Source: Octopus sinensis
Taxonomy: Eukaryota
Assembly: GCF_006345805.1 (NCBI RefSeq)
Contig: NC_043021.1
Span: forward strand, 3,596,001-3,660,000
Direction: 5' to 3'
Length of the DNA: 64,000 nucleotides
The notes beneath the pieces are model-generated. The model was given only the letters and a program-made list of their open reading frames with translations. It searched no databases and had not been told where the DNA came from. Positions within the stretch are counted from its first letter, which is position 1, and each line of letters starts with the position of its first letter. The position numbers were made by a program, and so were the translations under genes. Positions 1 to 14,600 of this stretch are shown here, piece after piece.

Positions 1-1767
1 ACATTGACCAGATCTAAACCTCTCATACCTACCCTACAATGTCATTCTAGAAATATACAAACACCCCATTGACATCTTGAAGCTACAAGATAATACATGG
101 TTAATTCAAAGCAATGCGGCATGGCTGTGTGGTAAGAAGCTTGCTTCCCACATGGTTCTGGGTTCAGTCCCACTACATGGAACCTTGGGCAAGTGTCTTC
201 TATAGCCTAGGCCTTGTGAGTGCATTCGGTAGATGGAAACTGAAAGAAGCCCGTTGTATATATCTATCTTTTCCCCCCATCACTGCTTGACAACCAGTGT
301 TGGTGTATTTAGGTCCCTGTAACTTAGTGGTTCAGCAAAAGAGAACTGATAGAATAAGTACTAGGCTTAAAAAGTAAGTCCGGGGGGTCAATTTGTTTGA
401 CTAAAAATCATTAAGGCAGTGCTCCAGCATGGCTGCACTCGACTGACTGAAACACGTAAAAGAATAAAATAAGCAATGCATTTCACAAAGAAACCCGAAT
501 GCTCCTGGGTTAAGGGCTTAGAAAAGGCAGTGGTGACCCCATTCCAAAGCTCTGCCCACAGGATTTATCTGCAAATTTTCAATTAGTTGTTTTAACAATG
601 ATATCTATGTCAAAGTATTTAGGGTCCAGTAACTAAAACTTTTTTTTTTTTTTACCCCTTTTTGGGTTTTCAATGAATGAATTGCCACAGAAACTGGATG
701 TGTTGTTGGGTGTGAGGAGCAGCAGTAAAACTTCATTATTGCAGCATCTCGGTGACTGTTGCAAGAGAGAAACTAGGTTGTCTGACTGATTTAATCTTTT
801 GCTGCTGTGTATAATGAATGTGACATTTTCTTTACCACAATTTATCTGAAGATTAGTCTCCTTTTACGTCTGTGTGTGTGAGTGAGTGTATACAGTACCA
901 TGCAAAAGCCTTTGGCCGTTTTATGGTAACTTATTCGCACTGCATTTTTCACAGATGAAAACATTGGCCCCGTTGAAGTCATTTCCATACCTAATCATAT
1001 TTTGTAGTAGGGGGTTCTGCTGGAACCCCATCGGCTAGGACAGCAACAGTCCCAGTTGATCTGATCAACAAAACAGCCTGCATGCAAAATTAACACGTAA
1101 GTGGCTGAGCACTCCACAGACACACATACCTGTTTCTTTACTACCCACAAGGGGCTAAACACAGAGAGGACAAATGGATTGAGTTGATTATATCGACTCC
1201 AGTGCATAACTGGTACTTAATTAATCGACCCCGAAAGGATGAAAGGCAAAGTCAACCTCAGCAGAATTTGAACTCAGAACGTAGTGACAGACGAAATACC
1301 GCTAAGCATTTTGCCTGGCGTGCCAACGTTTCTGCCAGCTCGCTGTCATACCCTTAACATAGTTCTCAGGAAGATTCAATGTGACAAGGCTGGCCCTTAG
1401 AATTACAGGTAGAACTCATTGTTTGCCAGCTGGAGCAACATGAAACAAAGTGTCTTGATCAAGAACAGCAATGCATCGTCAAGATTCAAATTCATGACCT
1501 TATGACCATAAGCCCGATGCCCTGACCACATGCTTCTAGTCTTACCCAGTAGAAGACAACCTCTAGTATATTCCATACCCAGTACAATCATTCTGTAAAG
1601 TAGATGGTGCTAAAAAGAGCATCAAGCTGTAGAAACCATGGCAAAAATAGAATGTATAAGTGAGATATTGCCAACATGACTAGAAAGTAGTAACTTTTGA
1701 GTCACTGTGATCCAGGTCAGATTTTATTCATTCAGCCCATGGTCAGCAATGAAAAAAGGAAGAAAAT

Positions 1768-2095
1768 TGATGATGATGGTACTGTGTGTGTACAGGACCT
1801 CTGTAATGCTATGATGGACCGTGAAGTCTGGCGTAGCATGGTAAATTCCATTGTCTCGGCCACTGTCGAACAATGATGATGGTACTGTGTGTGTACAGGA
1901 CCTCTGTAATGCTATGATGGACCGTGAAGTCTGGCGTAGCATGGTAAATTCCATTGTCTCGGCCACTGTCGAACAATGATGATGGTACTGTGTGTGTACA
2001 GGACCTCCGTAATGCTATGATGGACCGTGAAGTCTGGCGTAGCATGGTAAATTCCATTGTCTCGGCCACTGTCGAACAATGATGATGGTACTATG
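1768..2095 (+). repeat. Three 103-bp tandem units, each an RTE-LINE-like 3' end (QDLCNAMMDREVWRSMVNSIVSATVEQ* + (TGA)n + (TG)n)
   Basis: tacaggacct recurs at 1791, 1894 and 1997; copies are almost identical. Confidence 0.85.
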
Positions 2096-2190
2096 TGTGT
2101 GTGTGTGAATATGTACATATATGCATTAAAAAAAGCTAAAAAATTCTTTTAAAAACTGCCCGACATCCCTGACAATAATGTACAGCAACA

Positions 2191-2200
2191 TTTATTTATT
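2191..2200 (-). terminator. Candidate polyadenylation signal (AATAAATAAA)
   Basis: About 45 nt after the SSH stop; AT-rich DNA makes a chance match possible. Confidence 0.35.
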
Positions 2201-2242
2201 GACAAAAGCCTCATACAAAAACTCTTTTACATCAGACGCATT

Positions 2243-3843
2243 TTACATGGTGCTGTAAAATGATGGATTTTGGGAATATTGACGACTTTCAAGTTTAGAT
2301 AATGGATGTGTCTTGCCTTGCAGCTTACGGACTTTACGACCTTCCTGTAAGGCACTCTGACTCAACGTGGGGACTCTCAATCCAGCAGAAGTGGAAGAAG
2401 AGGAGGTGGAGGACAAAGAAAATGTACAAGAGACGGAGGGAGAGGAAGTTACAGTGGATGTAGGTGATGATATTGCTGTTGTTGTTGCTGCCGCTGCTGC
2501 TGCTGTGGTGGTGGTGGTGGTGGTTGTGATGTTTGTTTGCAGTGGTGATGTAGAGGGAGCGATGTGTGTTGATGAAGATGAAGGAACCCCCAGATGCGGT
2601 TGACTGCCACAGATGCTGCTGGTGCTGGCGTCAACAGGCTTAGCACCACTCAGCACATTGGCAATTGGCAAGTTTTTTCCAGAAGCTGCAGATAGATCTG
2701 AAATGGCAGTTGGTGCAGCAGAAGAAGATGAAGTAGAAGAAGTAAGCAATTGGTTCCTTGTGCTAACGGTAGCACTATGAGGCAGCGGAAGACCTACAGG
2801 CTGTGTTGAAGAGTTACATTTTACAGTGGATTCACTTTCACATTGAGATGATTGGAACGGACTTCCTCCTCTGCCAGCTGAACCCATTGCTGTTGTTGTT
2901 GTTACTGGCTCAATAGGCTCCACTGTGGCCTTATCTGTTTCTGATTTAGGCTGTATAGCAGTGCTACCAGGTTCACTGATTAAGTTGGAATCAAACTTCC
3001 CAATCAGATGACGAACGATCTTTTTCCCTTTACCTGAGCCGTCTGCTGTGACGTCGTATAAAGTGGACTCGTCCAAACTTTTAGTTTTTAAAAACTGGTT
3101 TTTTTCAAGTTCAGCAGTTCGTTCCGGAATGGTTAAATTAATATCTAATGTTGAAGTACAGATGTTTTCAGGCAGCTGAGCTTCTCTTGCAGATGCTGCA
3201 ACATTGCTACTCGCTTGCTGTTGCTCTGGTTCGGTCGCTAGCGTTTTGACAGACAAAGTTTGGGGGAGAGGTGTGCTATCCAAATTGCTGGACGGAAAAC
3301 TAGCTTGTCTCGTAAGAGTAGACGCATCATTTTGAGAGGGTTTGGGCTGATGCTCGTCAGTTTCTTTGCTAAATTTATATAAGGATTCGGTGAAAAGTGA
3401 AGGGGTCTTTGTTGAATGAGGTAATGCTGTTTCGACACTTTCGGCAGTTGTTAGCGATTTCTTTGGAAGTTCTTGCGATTCTCTGTTCATCAGAATTTTT
3501 GGAGATACTTTATGCTGCTTAGATAAAGGTGGTTTGCCTTCCTCTGATTCCACTTTAGTTTTATTGCCAGAAAAGGACTGCAAATGGGCTACAGAGACAG
3601 ATGGAGTTGAGGAGGTGGCTGAATTGTAAGTGGAATCGTCAACTGAAGAAGCCTTTCCTATCAAGTTCAAGGTTTCAGTTCTCACAGCTGGGGCACTGCA
3701 TGGAACACTGCTATTTGTAACAGTAACTCCTTGTTGTGCACCAATTACATGAGAATCTGCAGTTTGGTCTATTCTCTGTGGAACTACCAGCAACCTGTCC
3801 TGGCATGGCAACTCATCTTCTTCTTTGCCTAAAGTCTCAAAGT
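2243..3843 (-). CDS. SSH: SSH last coding exon, Ser/Thr-rich tail ending [24 protein letters not shown]
   Basis: Acceptor ctttttcttttctAG at 3844-3845; TAA at 2243-2245; C-terminus resembles the vertebrate SSH2 end (HPL..L...NPFYNTM). Confidence 0.92.
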
Positions 3844-5127
3844 CTAGAAAAGAAAAAGAAAAAGAATCTTAAATTTTCTGTGTTGCGTTGTGTTAAAAAT
3901 GGAATATAATTTAGTTTTGTAACCTTATTTTCTAGATAAGAGTGTAGATACATTGCTTTCTTTCTCCAGATGTATATCTGATAATATTAAAGTCAATGAA
4001 CAAGGCTACAGTACCACAGTTATTCAAAACAAGAGTTCATGCACAGATGTGGTAAACAGGATATGTGGTTTCACATGACAGTGTCAGCGTGCCAGGGAAG
4101 ACATACGAGGAAGTTGTATTAAAATAGTCTCAATGTCATCAGGAAGCTCTGTTATGGCAATGTCAGAAAGTTCTAAAGTGACTATGCTATGACATTGACA
4201 AATGTTTTTAAAATTCTACAAGAGGGAGCTGAATAGTTCCTGGCTTTGGCTAAAAGAAAATACAGGAGAATCAGTTAATTATGATTTTATTCAACATATT
4301 CCCCTCTCAGATTCACACACTTATTGCAGTGGTCCTTCAGTTTTTCTAAGCCCCGTAAACTTGAAAGTTTGGGCCTCCAACCAGGCCTCTCGTGATATTC
4401 TTAAAAACCAGGAACTTTTCAGCACCAACTGCTGATGAAATAACAGATTGTTTATAAAGCTTGAAACACGTGTGCTGCGATATCCTTTGTGTTCTGTTTT
4501 CAATTTATGTTTGATATATTCTCTCACCTCTGCCATTATCTGGCATATACAGGTGCTTACACTTATCAAGTATTCCCTCTAAACTTACAGTACCTGCAGG
4601 TATATATATATTATACATACATATGTGTATATATATATATATTATACATACATATCTGTATATATATATAATTCATATATATCAGCGTGTGACCTGGGTA
4701 TTGACATGAGCAATGATGCATCTTTCCAAGCGCATATTGCCAATTTGGTAATAAAATGCAGACGGCTAGATGGGTGGATCCTCCGAACTTTCAGAACAAG
4801 AGAGAAGGAGACACTGATGGTCCTTTGGAAGACATTCATCCTCAGCCGCTTGGACTACTGCTCCCAACTATGGTCACCACACAATATAAAGTTAACAGCA
4901 GAACTCGAAGCAACACTAAGAAGATCGTCTCAATGCAACATATCAGCTAATGGGAAAGATTGAAGGTATTAAACATCTTCTCCCTGGAGCGAAGGCAAGA
5001 CAGATATGCAGTGATATACATCTGGAAAATCCTGGGTGGGTCTTGTCCCGAATTTTGGCACTGAAAGTTACCCCAACAGCAGAACAGCAGACATACATCA
5101 TCATCGTTTATATATGTATATATACAA

Positions 5128-5158
<31 letters not shown>

Positions 5159-6026
5159 CACAAACATACATATATATATATACAAACATACATATATATA
5201 CATATATATATACAAACATACATATATATACATATATATACACAAACATACATACATATACATACATACAAACATATATATATACATATGTATATATACA
5301 TACAAACATATATATATATACATATGTATATATACATACATACATATACATATGTATATATACATACATACATATACATATGTATATATACATACATACA
5401 TATACATATGTATATATACATACATACATATGTATATATACATACATACATACATATACATATGTATATATACATACATACATACATATACATATGTATA
5501 TATACATACATACATATACATATGTATATATACATACATACATATATATACACATACATACATATATATATATACACATACATACATATATATATACACA
5601 TACATACATATATATGTATATATACATATATACATATGTATATATACATACATATATATATATACATACATACATATGTATATATATATATGTATGTATA
5701 TATACATACATATGTATATATATACATACATACATATACATACATATATATATATACATACATACATATACATACATATATATATATACATACATACATA
5801 TACATACATACATACATATACATACATATATATATATACATACATACATATGTATATATACATACATACATATGTATATATACATACATACATATGTATA
5901 TATACATACATACATATGTATATATACATACATACATATGTATATATACATACATACATATATATATATACACACATACATATATATATATATACACATA
6001 CATATATATACACATACATACATACA

Positions 6027-6060
<34 letters not shown>

Positions 6061-6186
6061 CATACATACATATATACATACATACATATATACATACATA
6101 CATATATACATACATACATATATACATACATATATATATATATACATACATATATACATATACATACATACATACATATACATACA

Positions 6187-6220
<34 letters not shown>

Positions 6221-6382
6221 CATACATACATACATATATATACATACATATATACATACATACATACATATATACATACATACATACATATATACATACA
6301 TACATATATATATACATACATACATATATATATACATACATACATATATATATACATACATATGTATATATACATACATATG

Positions 6383-6431
<49 letters not shown>

Positions 6432-6432
6432 G

Positions 6433-6467
<35 letters not shown>

Positions 6468-6572
6468 GTATATATACATACATATATATGTATATATACA
6501 TACATATATATATATATATATACATACATATATATGTATGTATATATACATATGTATATATACATACATATG

Positions 6573-6621
<49 letters not shown>

Positions 6622-7905
6622 GTATATATACATACATATATATGTATATATACATACATATATATATATATATTATATACATACATATATATGTATGTAT
6701 ATATACATATATATATATATACATACATATATATGTATATATACATACATATATATATACATACATATATATGTATATATACATACATATATATATATTA
6801 TACATACATATATATATATATATATTACATACATATATATGTATATATACATACATATATATGTATATATACATACATATATATATGTATATATATACAT
6901 ACATATATATGATATATATACATACATATATATATATATACATACATATATATATATATACATACAATATATATATACATACATATATATGTATATATAC
7001 ATACATATATATGTATATATAACATACATATATATGTATATATACATACATATATATATATATACATACATATATATACCATACATATATATATACATAC
7101 ATACATACATATATATATACATACATATATATATATATACATACATATATATATATATACATACATATATATATATACATACATATATATATATATACAT
7201 ACATATATATATATATACATACATTATATATATATATACATACATATATATAATATACATACATATATGTATATATACATACATATATATATATATATTA
7301 TACATACATATATGTATATATACATACATATATATATATTACATACATACATATGTATATATACATACATACATATGTATATATACATACATATATATAT
7401 ATATATACATACATATATATATATATATACATACATATATATGTATATATACATACATATATATATACATACATACATATATATGTATATATACATACAT
7501 AATATATATACATACATACATATATATATACATACATATATATATATGTATACATACATATATATATATGTATACATACATATATATATATGTATACATA
7601 CATATATATATATGTATACATACATACATACATATGTATACATACATACATACATATGTATACATACATACATACATATATATACATACATACATACATA
7701 TACATACATACATATGTATACATACATACATATACATACATACACATACATACATATACATACATACATATGTATACATACATACATATGTATATATACA
7801 TACATATATATATATACATACATACATACATATACATACATACATACATATACATACATATACATACATACATATACATACACATACATATACATACACA
7901 TACAT

Positions 7906-7952
<47 letters not shown>

Positions 7953-8541
7953 AACATATATGTATATATACATATATATATATGTAGATATACATACATA
8001 TATATACATATACACACATACATACATACATATGTATATATACATACATACATATATACATACATACACATGTATATATACATACATCATACATACACAC
8101 ACACATATACATACATACACACACACACACACATATACATACATACATAAATACACACACACATACATATGCATGTATATGTAAGAGAATAAAACCTAGT
8201 CCTTGAAAGTCACAAATCTAAGTTGCTGAAACGAGTGGTTTTTCAGGTGAGGTTCACTTACTTATTGTTTTCATTCGCACACTGCCTCCTTCAATCTGGA
8301 CCCCAAGGTCCAGTTCTTTAAAATCAACAGACGAGGTAGGGACCATATTCCTTGGTGACAAAATGGGGGTGCATGCCTCTCGCCATTTCGTCCTCTCGAG
8401 ACGCGGCCTGTCCCGTTCGGAGCCAAGACTAGACGATCGCTGAACCGGTTGGATCTTTGTTTCACTAGGAGGCATTCCCAGAGTGGTTAAGTCGTGGCAG
8501 CTTGATCTGAGAGAGAGAGAAAGAGAGTCAAAATGAGAGAG

Positions 8542-8621
<80 letters not shown>

Positions 8622-11600
8622 GGAAACTAAAGAATGCTTATTCATTCACATTATTTTCACTTAATCTCAAAGCTTCAAGATTATGACAATGTGGTCTTAT
8701 TTAGAACAGCATTGTAGCATAAGTGTGAGAGGCCAGGTCTGGTCAGTTTGGACACAATAGTTTGGCTAGATATGGCCAGTTTAAATGCTAAAGGGTTAAA
8801 CTGTCCATATCTGGCCAAGACATTCAACCTGTTTTATGTTCAAACTGGCCTTTCACACCTACCCTACAATGTCATTCCAAAAATACATAATCACATCATC
8901 GAAATCTCGAAGCTACAAGATAAGACATGATTAATTTAAAACAATATAAATACATAAGCATTACATTAGATAGAAAAATCTGAATGCTAAAGGGTTAACA
9001 TTTAAAAGTTTGTGTTTAGTTAATTTTAGTGTTTAGTAGTTAATAATTTGTGTTAAAAGTACTGAACACAAATTATTAACCATTCAACAGTTAGTATCAA
9101 ATGTTTAAAGAAAACAATGTTTTGTTTTTTTGTTAACCCTTCAGCATTTAAATTGGCCACATCCAGCCCAAATATTCTGTCTCTTTTATGTTCAAACTGG
9201 CCAGATTTGGCTTCTCACACCAACCCTACAATGTCATTCTAAAAACATTAACAGTTACATCCTCAAAATATCACAGCTACAAGATAATGCCTGATTAATT
9301 CAAAACAGTGTGAATAAATAAGCATTGCTTTTGACAAAGTAATGTGAATGTGAAATGGTTGATGGTTTGTGGAGTCACCTTTAAAAATTTCACCTGTGTG
9401 TTATATGTCAAAGGTAAGACAACCCAGCTTATCTATTCCTCCTCAGGTCATACCTGGAAATTGCAGGTCCATTTAAAATCATATAACCTTCAATGAACTG
9501 GCAGAAAAAAAAGACTTTTTAGCCAATGTAATGTGGTGCTAGTATTGTGATATGAACCCGCAATCTCTCAGCCAGTAATCTAGTGTACTATCAACTCTTA
9601 CAGCCAACCTGAAGTAAATTAATTTTCCTTTGGAAGTTAACAGACTTGGTTTTGAGAAACCACTGAAGCAGTCTCTAAGATGCAAAACCGAACCAACTAA
9701 ACTAGGATTTCATCCCAGAAGAACCAACTGTGCAAGTTAATACTTACAGACTTGTGATCACAAAATTATTTTACTACATGTTTCATCCATTTTTGAAAGT
9801 GATTAAAACAAAAGCTGTGCATTTCACAACAGCAATAGGAGCACTCCGTCGGTTACGATGACAAGGGTCCCAGCTGATACGATCAACGGAACAGCTTGCT
9901 CGTGAAATTAACGTGCAAGTGGCTGAGCATTCCAGAGACACGTGTACCCTTAACGTAGTTCTCGGGGAGATTCAGCGTGACACAGAGTGTGACAAGGCCG
10001 GCTCTTTGAAATACAGGTACAATTCATTTTTGCAAGCTGAGTGGACTGGAACAACGTGAAGTAAAGTGTCTTGCTCAAGGACACAATGCGTCGCCGGGAA
10101 TCGAACTCACAACCTTACGATCATGAGCCGAATGTCCTAACCACTAAGCCACGCAATACAACAACAGGAAAGGTCAGAAGGTAAAGAAATATATCTCACA
10201 CTGCATGTAAGGTAGCCCTTAGCTAGTAAGAATGTCTATTATCTCTAAGTAACAGACAGGTGAACTGAGTTATGGAGAATGAACTCTTTCATTACAATGT
10301 CTAACAGACTACACTATCCATGTATTTTATAATTAAGTAGCAGTATCGCCCGGCGTTGCTCGGGTTTGTAAGGGAAATAACTATATAAGCATTTTTAGAG
10401 ATGTAAAGTATAACAGCCATCTCAATATGACTAACCACAAGGGGGGGGGTGTTACTGTAGCTTTTTACGCTCTGAGATTTAATACATTTTTAGAGAGTTA
10501 CTTCCCTTATATATGCCAAAAATGCATTAAAAATGGGAATGATTGATGGTAAATTTTTTTAAAATCGTAAACTCATCGTAGACGCGCACTAATACCCAGA
10601 AGGGCTTGATATGAATCACGACTATAAGATACCCGGTTTTGGTTAAACTGCACCGCAAAATGTGGGAGTAGTTAGGAATCTAAATCGTAGGAGACAGACA
10701 CACAACTTCACTTTTATATATAAAGATTACTTAAATAATCAACAGTTTAGAAGGATTCAGTGAAACAAACTGATTTGTTTTCATTAATAATGCAATTTGA
10801 GCACTGTATAGAACAAATTCATTACTATTATATTAGAACCTAAGAAAAGGTTCTTTCATAAAATTAAGACAGGAGGTCCTAATTTAAATATAAAAACTTT
10901 AAAATTAAGAGTGTTTGTGTCATAAAACTGGGGGCAGCCACATACGGATTGGTATCAAAAGGAATATAGACTCCAGAGCTGTTTTAACAATTAAAGGCCT
11001 CCAAGCAAAGCAAAGCACAGGGGCCCTCTACATACCCGGTAATAGCATAAACAGATTAGCATTCGGCCCCTTAAGGCTGTGTGACCTCTGGGCAAACTGC
11101 TCAGTGTGTCCATGTCTTAAGATAGGATTGAGAGATCCTTCACACAAAACCCCAAAGAGTCACTTGCTTTGGATTTCAACTCAAGACTTATGGGGCTACA
11201 GGTATGGTGTTGTACTTTACTCCATCCCAGCTATTCATCTTCGGAAGGACAGCAAACAGAAAACAAGTGAAGAAGATAACATATGATAGTAGTACAAATG
11301 AGAGAGAGAGAGAGAGAAGGGAGGGAGATAGGGAAGGAGAGAGAGAAAGAGAGGGAGAGAGAGACTGGTGAGTATGTACCTGTGTTTCTGTTCCAGCTCC
11401 TGAGTAGTTCGACGGACAGTGCCAACAGGATAGACAATATCCTCCATTTTGTACACCGCAGGAGAGCAACCTTCCTCTTTGTCAGCAGTTAGGCTTCCTT
11501 TGATACTCAAACTATTGAACAGTTCCTTCCCAAGGACATCGTCGCAAACACTTTGGGGCCGTTCGGCAATTCTGTGGAGTGCCCTGACGTCGGATTCATT

Positions 11601-14600
11601 CTCTCTTCCCATGGTGACTGCTTCACTTTCCTTGTTGACAGGAAACGTTGAAATTGTATGGGAAGATTTGAGGACGAGGGGAGACTTTGACATCCAGATT
11701 GTCTGTGAAGAAGTAAATTCGCTTTCCGAAGACTGACAAGCTTCACTTGCTGTAAGCGATGATGATGCTGAAGTGGAAACCGTAGCAACAGGGGCCAAAG
11801 GGTCGACGGCCTCAGCGGCGACTGGAATGTCTTCATCAACAGGCTCAGTTTCACTTGGTGTTTTAGTATTGCTTTTGATACGCTCTTCCAAATTCCTCCA
11901 CTGCTGACGTACAGTCCCTGGATGCCAGGGAATGGCCTCTTTTACATATGGCTCGGGGACCTCTGAAGATTGGTCGGCAGTATCTGCTTTTGCTATTTGT
12001 TGTTGTGGTGGTGCACCCTTAACGTCACTGGCCACCATCTTCAAACCTTTAGCAGACCCTCTCATACTGGATGAATTGCTATTATTTTCACAAAGGGAAG
12101 TCCTATCGAGGTTGGGAGACCCGGAAATGTTGATATTAACACTTGTGCGAGTTAAAGGCGGAGTCTGACTCAGAACTGTGGGTGTGTTGCTAATGTCTGG
12201 TTGTTTTAAGCCCTTAATATCATCCTCTAATGTCAGATCTTTATCATCTACAGGGTCTGTAGAGGACTCCCCAATGGAAAAAGGCTGTGAACTTATCCAG
12301 CTGTTGTCTGCTTTAAACTTAGGGATCTGAAGATTTGCATAATCGTAAGTGTTTGCCCTCACGCGTACTACTCCACTCTCGTTGATGTCACTTCTATCAT
12401 CAACGCTGTCAGAAGTAAAACCATCAGAATCTCGTCGTGGTATAGGCAAGAAGTAGTCGTCTCTGTAGAAACAAGGAAGACCCATATCATCCGTATTATC
12501 AAAATTCCGTTGCATGAAGTCAAAGTCTGCAAAAATGGAAAAAGTCAAAATTATTAGTTTGTCATTGAAAGAAGAGTTAAACAGACAAATTGAGACTTTC
12601 ATGCAGTTTCCTTATAAACCTTTCTATTAACCAAGAAATTATAAAATAATCGGAACCTGATGCAGTTCCCCCAGCTTCCCAGTTTTCAGTCAAACCATCC
12701 AACCCATGCCAGCATGGAAAACGGATGTTAAATGATGATGATCCATGGTGTAGTGATTATCACATCTGCTTAACACGCAGAAGGTCGCGAGTTCGAAACT
12801 CGCTGGAACCTATGTATTTTCCGTCCAACCTGTGCTAGCGCGGAAAACGGACGTTAATAATGATGATGATGATGATGACTAAGCTGGCTCTCTGTCAGTT
12901 ATGATGACGAGGGTTCCAGTAGAGCCAATCAGTAGAATTGTCTGCTCATAAAAGTAATGTGCAAGTGGCTGAGTACTCCTCAGACACGCATACCATTGAT
13001 GCAGTTCTCAGGGAGATTCAGCCTGACACAGAGTGTGACAAGGCTGGCCCTTTGAATTACAGGTAAAACTCACACCAGCTGAGTGGACTGGAGCAACATG
13101 AAATAAAGTGTCTTGCTCAAGGACAACACAATGTGCTGCCAGGAATTGAACTCTTGGCCTTATGATTGTAAGTCAAATACCCAAATCACTAAACCACATG
13201 CCTACATACCTACATAAACTGGTACCATTTTGGTTACGACAACAAGAGTTCCACTTGATCCAATCAAGTGAAATTAGCATACAAGTGGCTGAGTAACCTT
13301 GACATAGTTCTTGGGGAGATTCAGTATGACACAGAATGTGACAAGGTCGAGCCTTTGAATTACAGGAACTACTAATTTTTGCCAGCTGAGTAGACTGGAG
13401 CAATATAAAAACAATAGACCAAAAGAGATCTCACCATTATCATAATGGCTGCTGGCAGCACCATTCCGAGTGTCAGCTTCTTCACTTTTAGACTTGGTGT
13501 TAAACATGTGACGCTTTTGACTGAAATGAAAACGAAAAAAAAAAAAATAATAATAATAATAATAAAAAAAAGGTTAGTTTACAATCTTGTAACAATATTT
13601 TTAAACAGATAACAGTAAAGAAACAATAGCATTATCAAGTATAACAAAGAGCTTGAACTAATTACAGTCACTTAACAGCAAAGGGAACATGCTCGAATGG
13701 ATTACATTTGCACAGCACCACCAAGGGCTTTTACTTAACCTTTTTGATACCAACCCGGCCAAAACCGCTTCTGGCTCTGTAGTACAAATGTCTTGTTTTC
13801 ATAAGTTCTGAATTAAAATCTTCCACCAAACCTTAGTCACAATTTATGTTCCTAACACTAGATTAATGATAACTGAGTTATTTTACTAAATTCTTTGTTA
13901 TCATCATCATTTAGCGTCCGTTTTCCATGCTAGCATGGGTTGGACGGTTCAACTGGGGTCTGTGAAGCCAGAAGGCTGCATCAGGCCCAGTCAAATCTGG
14001 CAGTGTTTCTACGGCTGGATGCCCTTCCTAACGCCAACCACTCCGTGAGTGTAGTGGGTACTTTTTACGTGCCACCCGCACAGGTGCCAGACAGAGCTGG
14101 CAAACGGCTACGAACGGATGGTGCTTTTTATGTGCCACCGGCACAAGGGCCAGGCGAGGCTGGCAATGGACACGAAATGGGGCGGTGCTGGCAACGGTTG
14201 CGAAACGGAAGGTTCTCTTACATGCCACCGGCACTGGTAACACATCTGCAATTTCCATTGATTGATTTCGATTCTGATCCTCACTTGCCTCAACAGATCT
14301 TCACAAGTAGAGTTTTGTGTCCCAAGAAGAGAACGTATGCATACGTAGGCTGGCTCCATCCCATGTAGAAAGCCACGGGTTACGGACTCACTTGTCCTGC
14401 CGGGTCTTCTCGCGCACTTAAAATTAAATGAATGAAACACAGAGCATCTCAAAATAAATAGGGTAACGAAAGGGTTAAAGCTAAACATTTAGCAGGAGGT
14501 AAATCACAGCTGGTGAGACTACCGAAAGCCCATACGAGAGGAGGTTCCTATGGTAACAATCACAGTATTTTGGTATTTTGTGTTCTAACGCATTCTAATG

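Noticed and set aside
2367-2603. Plus-strand ORFs opposite SSH exons (also 11449-11736 and 11932-12168)
   Set aside because: Antisense shadows of low-complexity coding sequence
4947-8184. Very long ORFs (up to 983 aa) of Y/I/H/T or M/Y/V/C
   Set aside because: They are translations of the TA/CA microsatellite, which lacks stop codons in several frames
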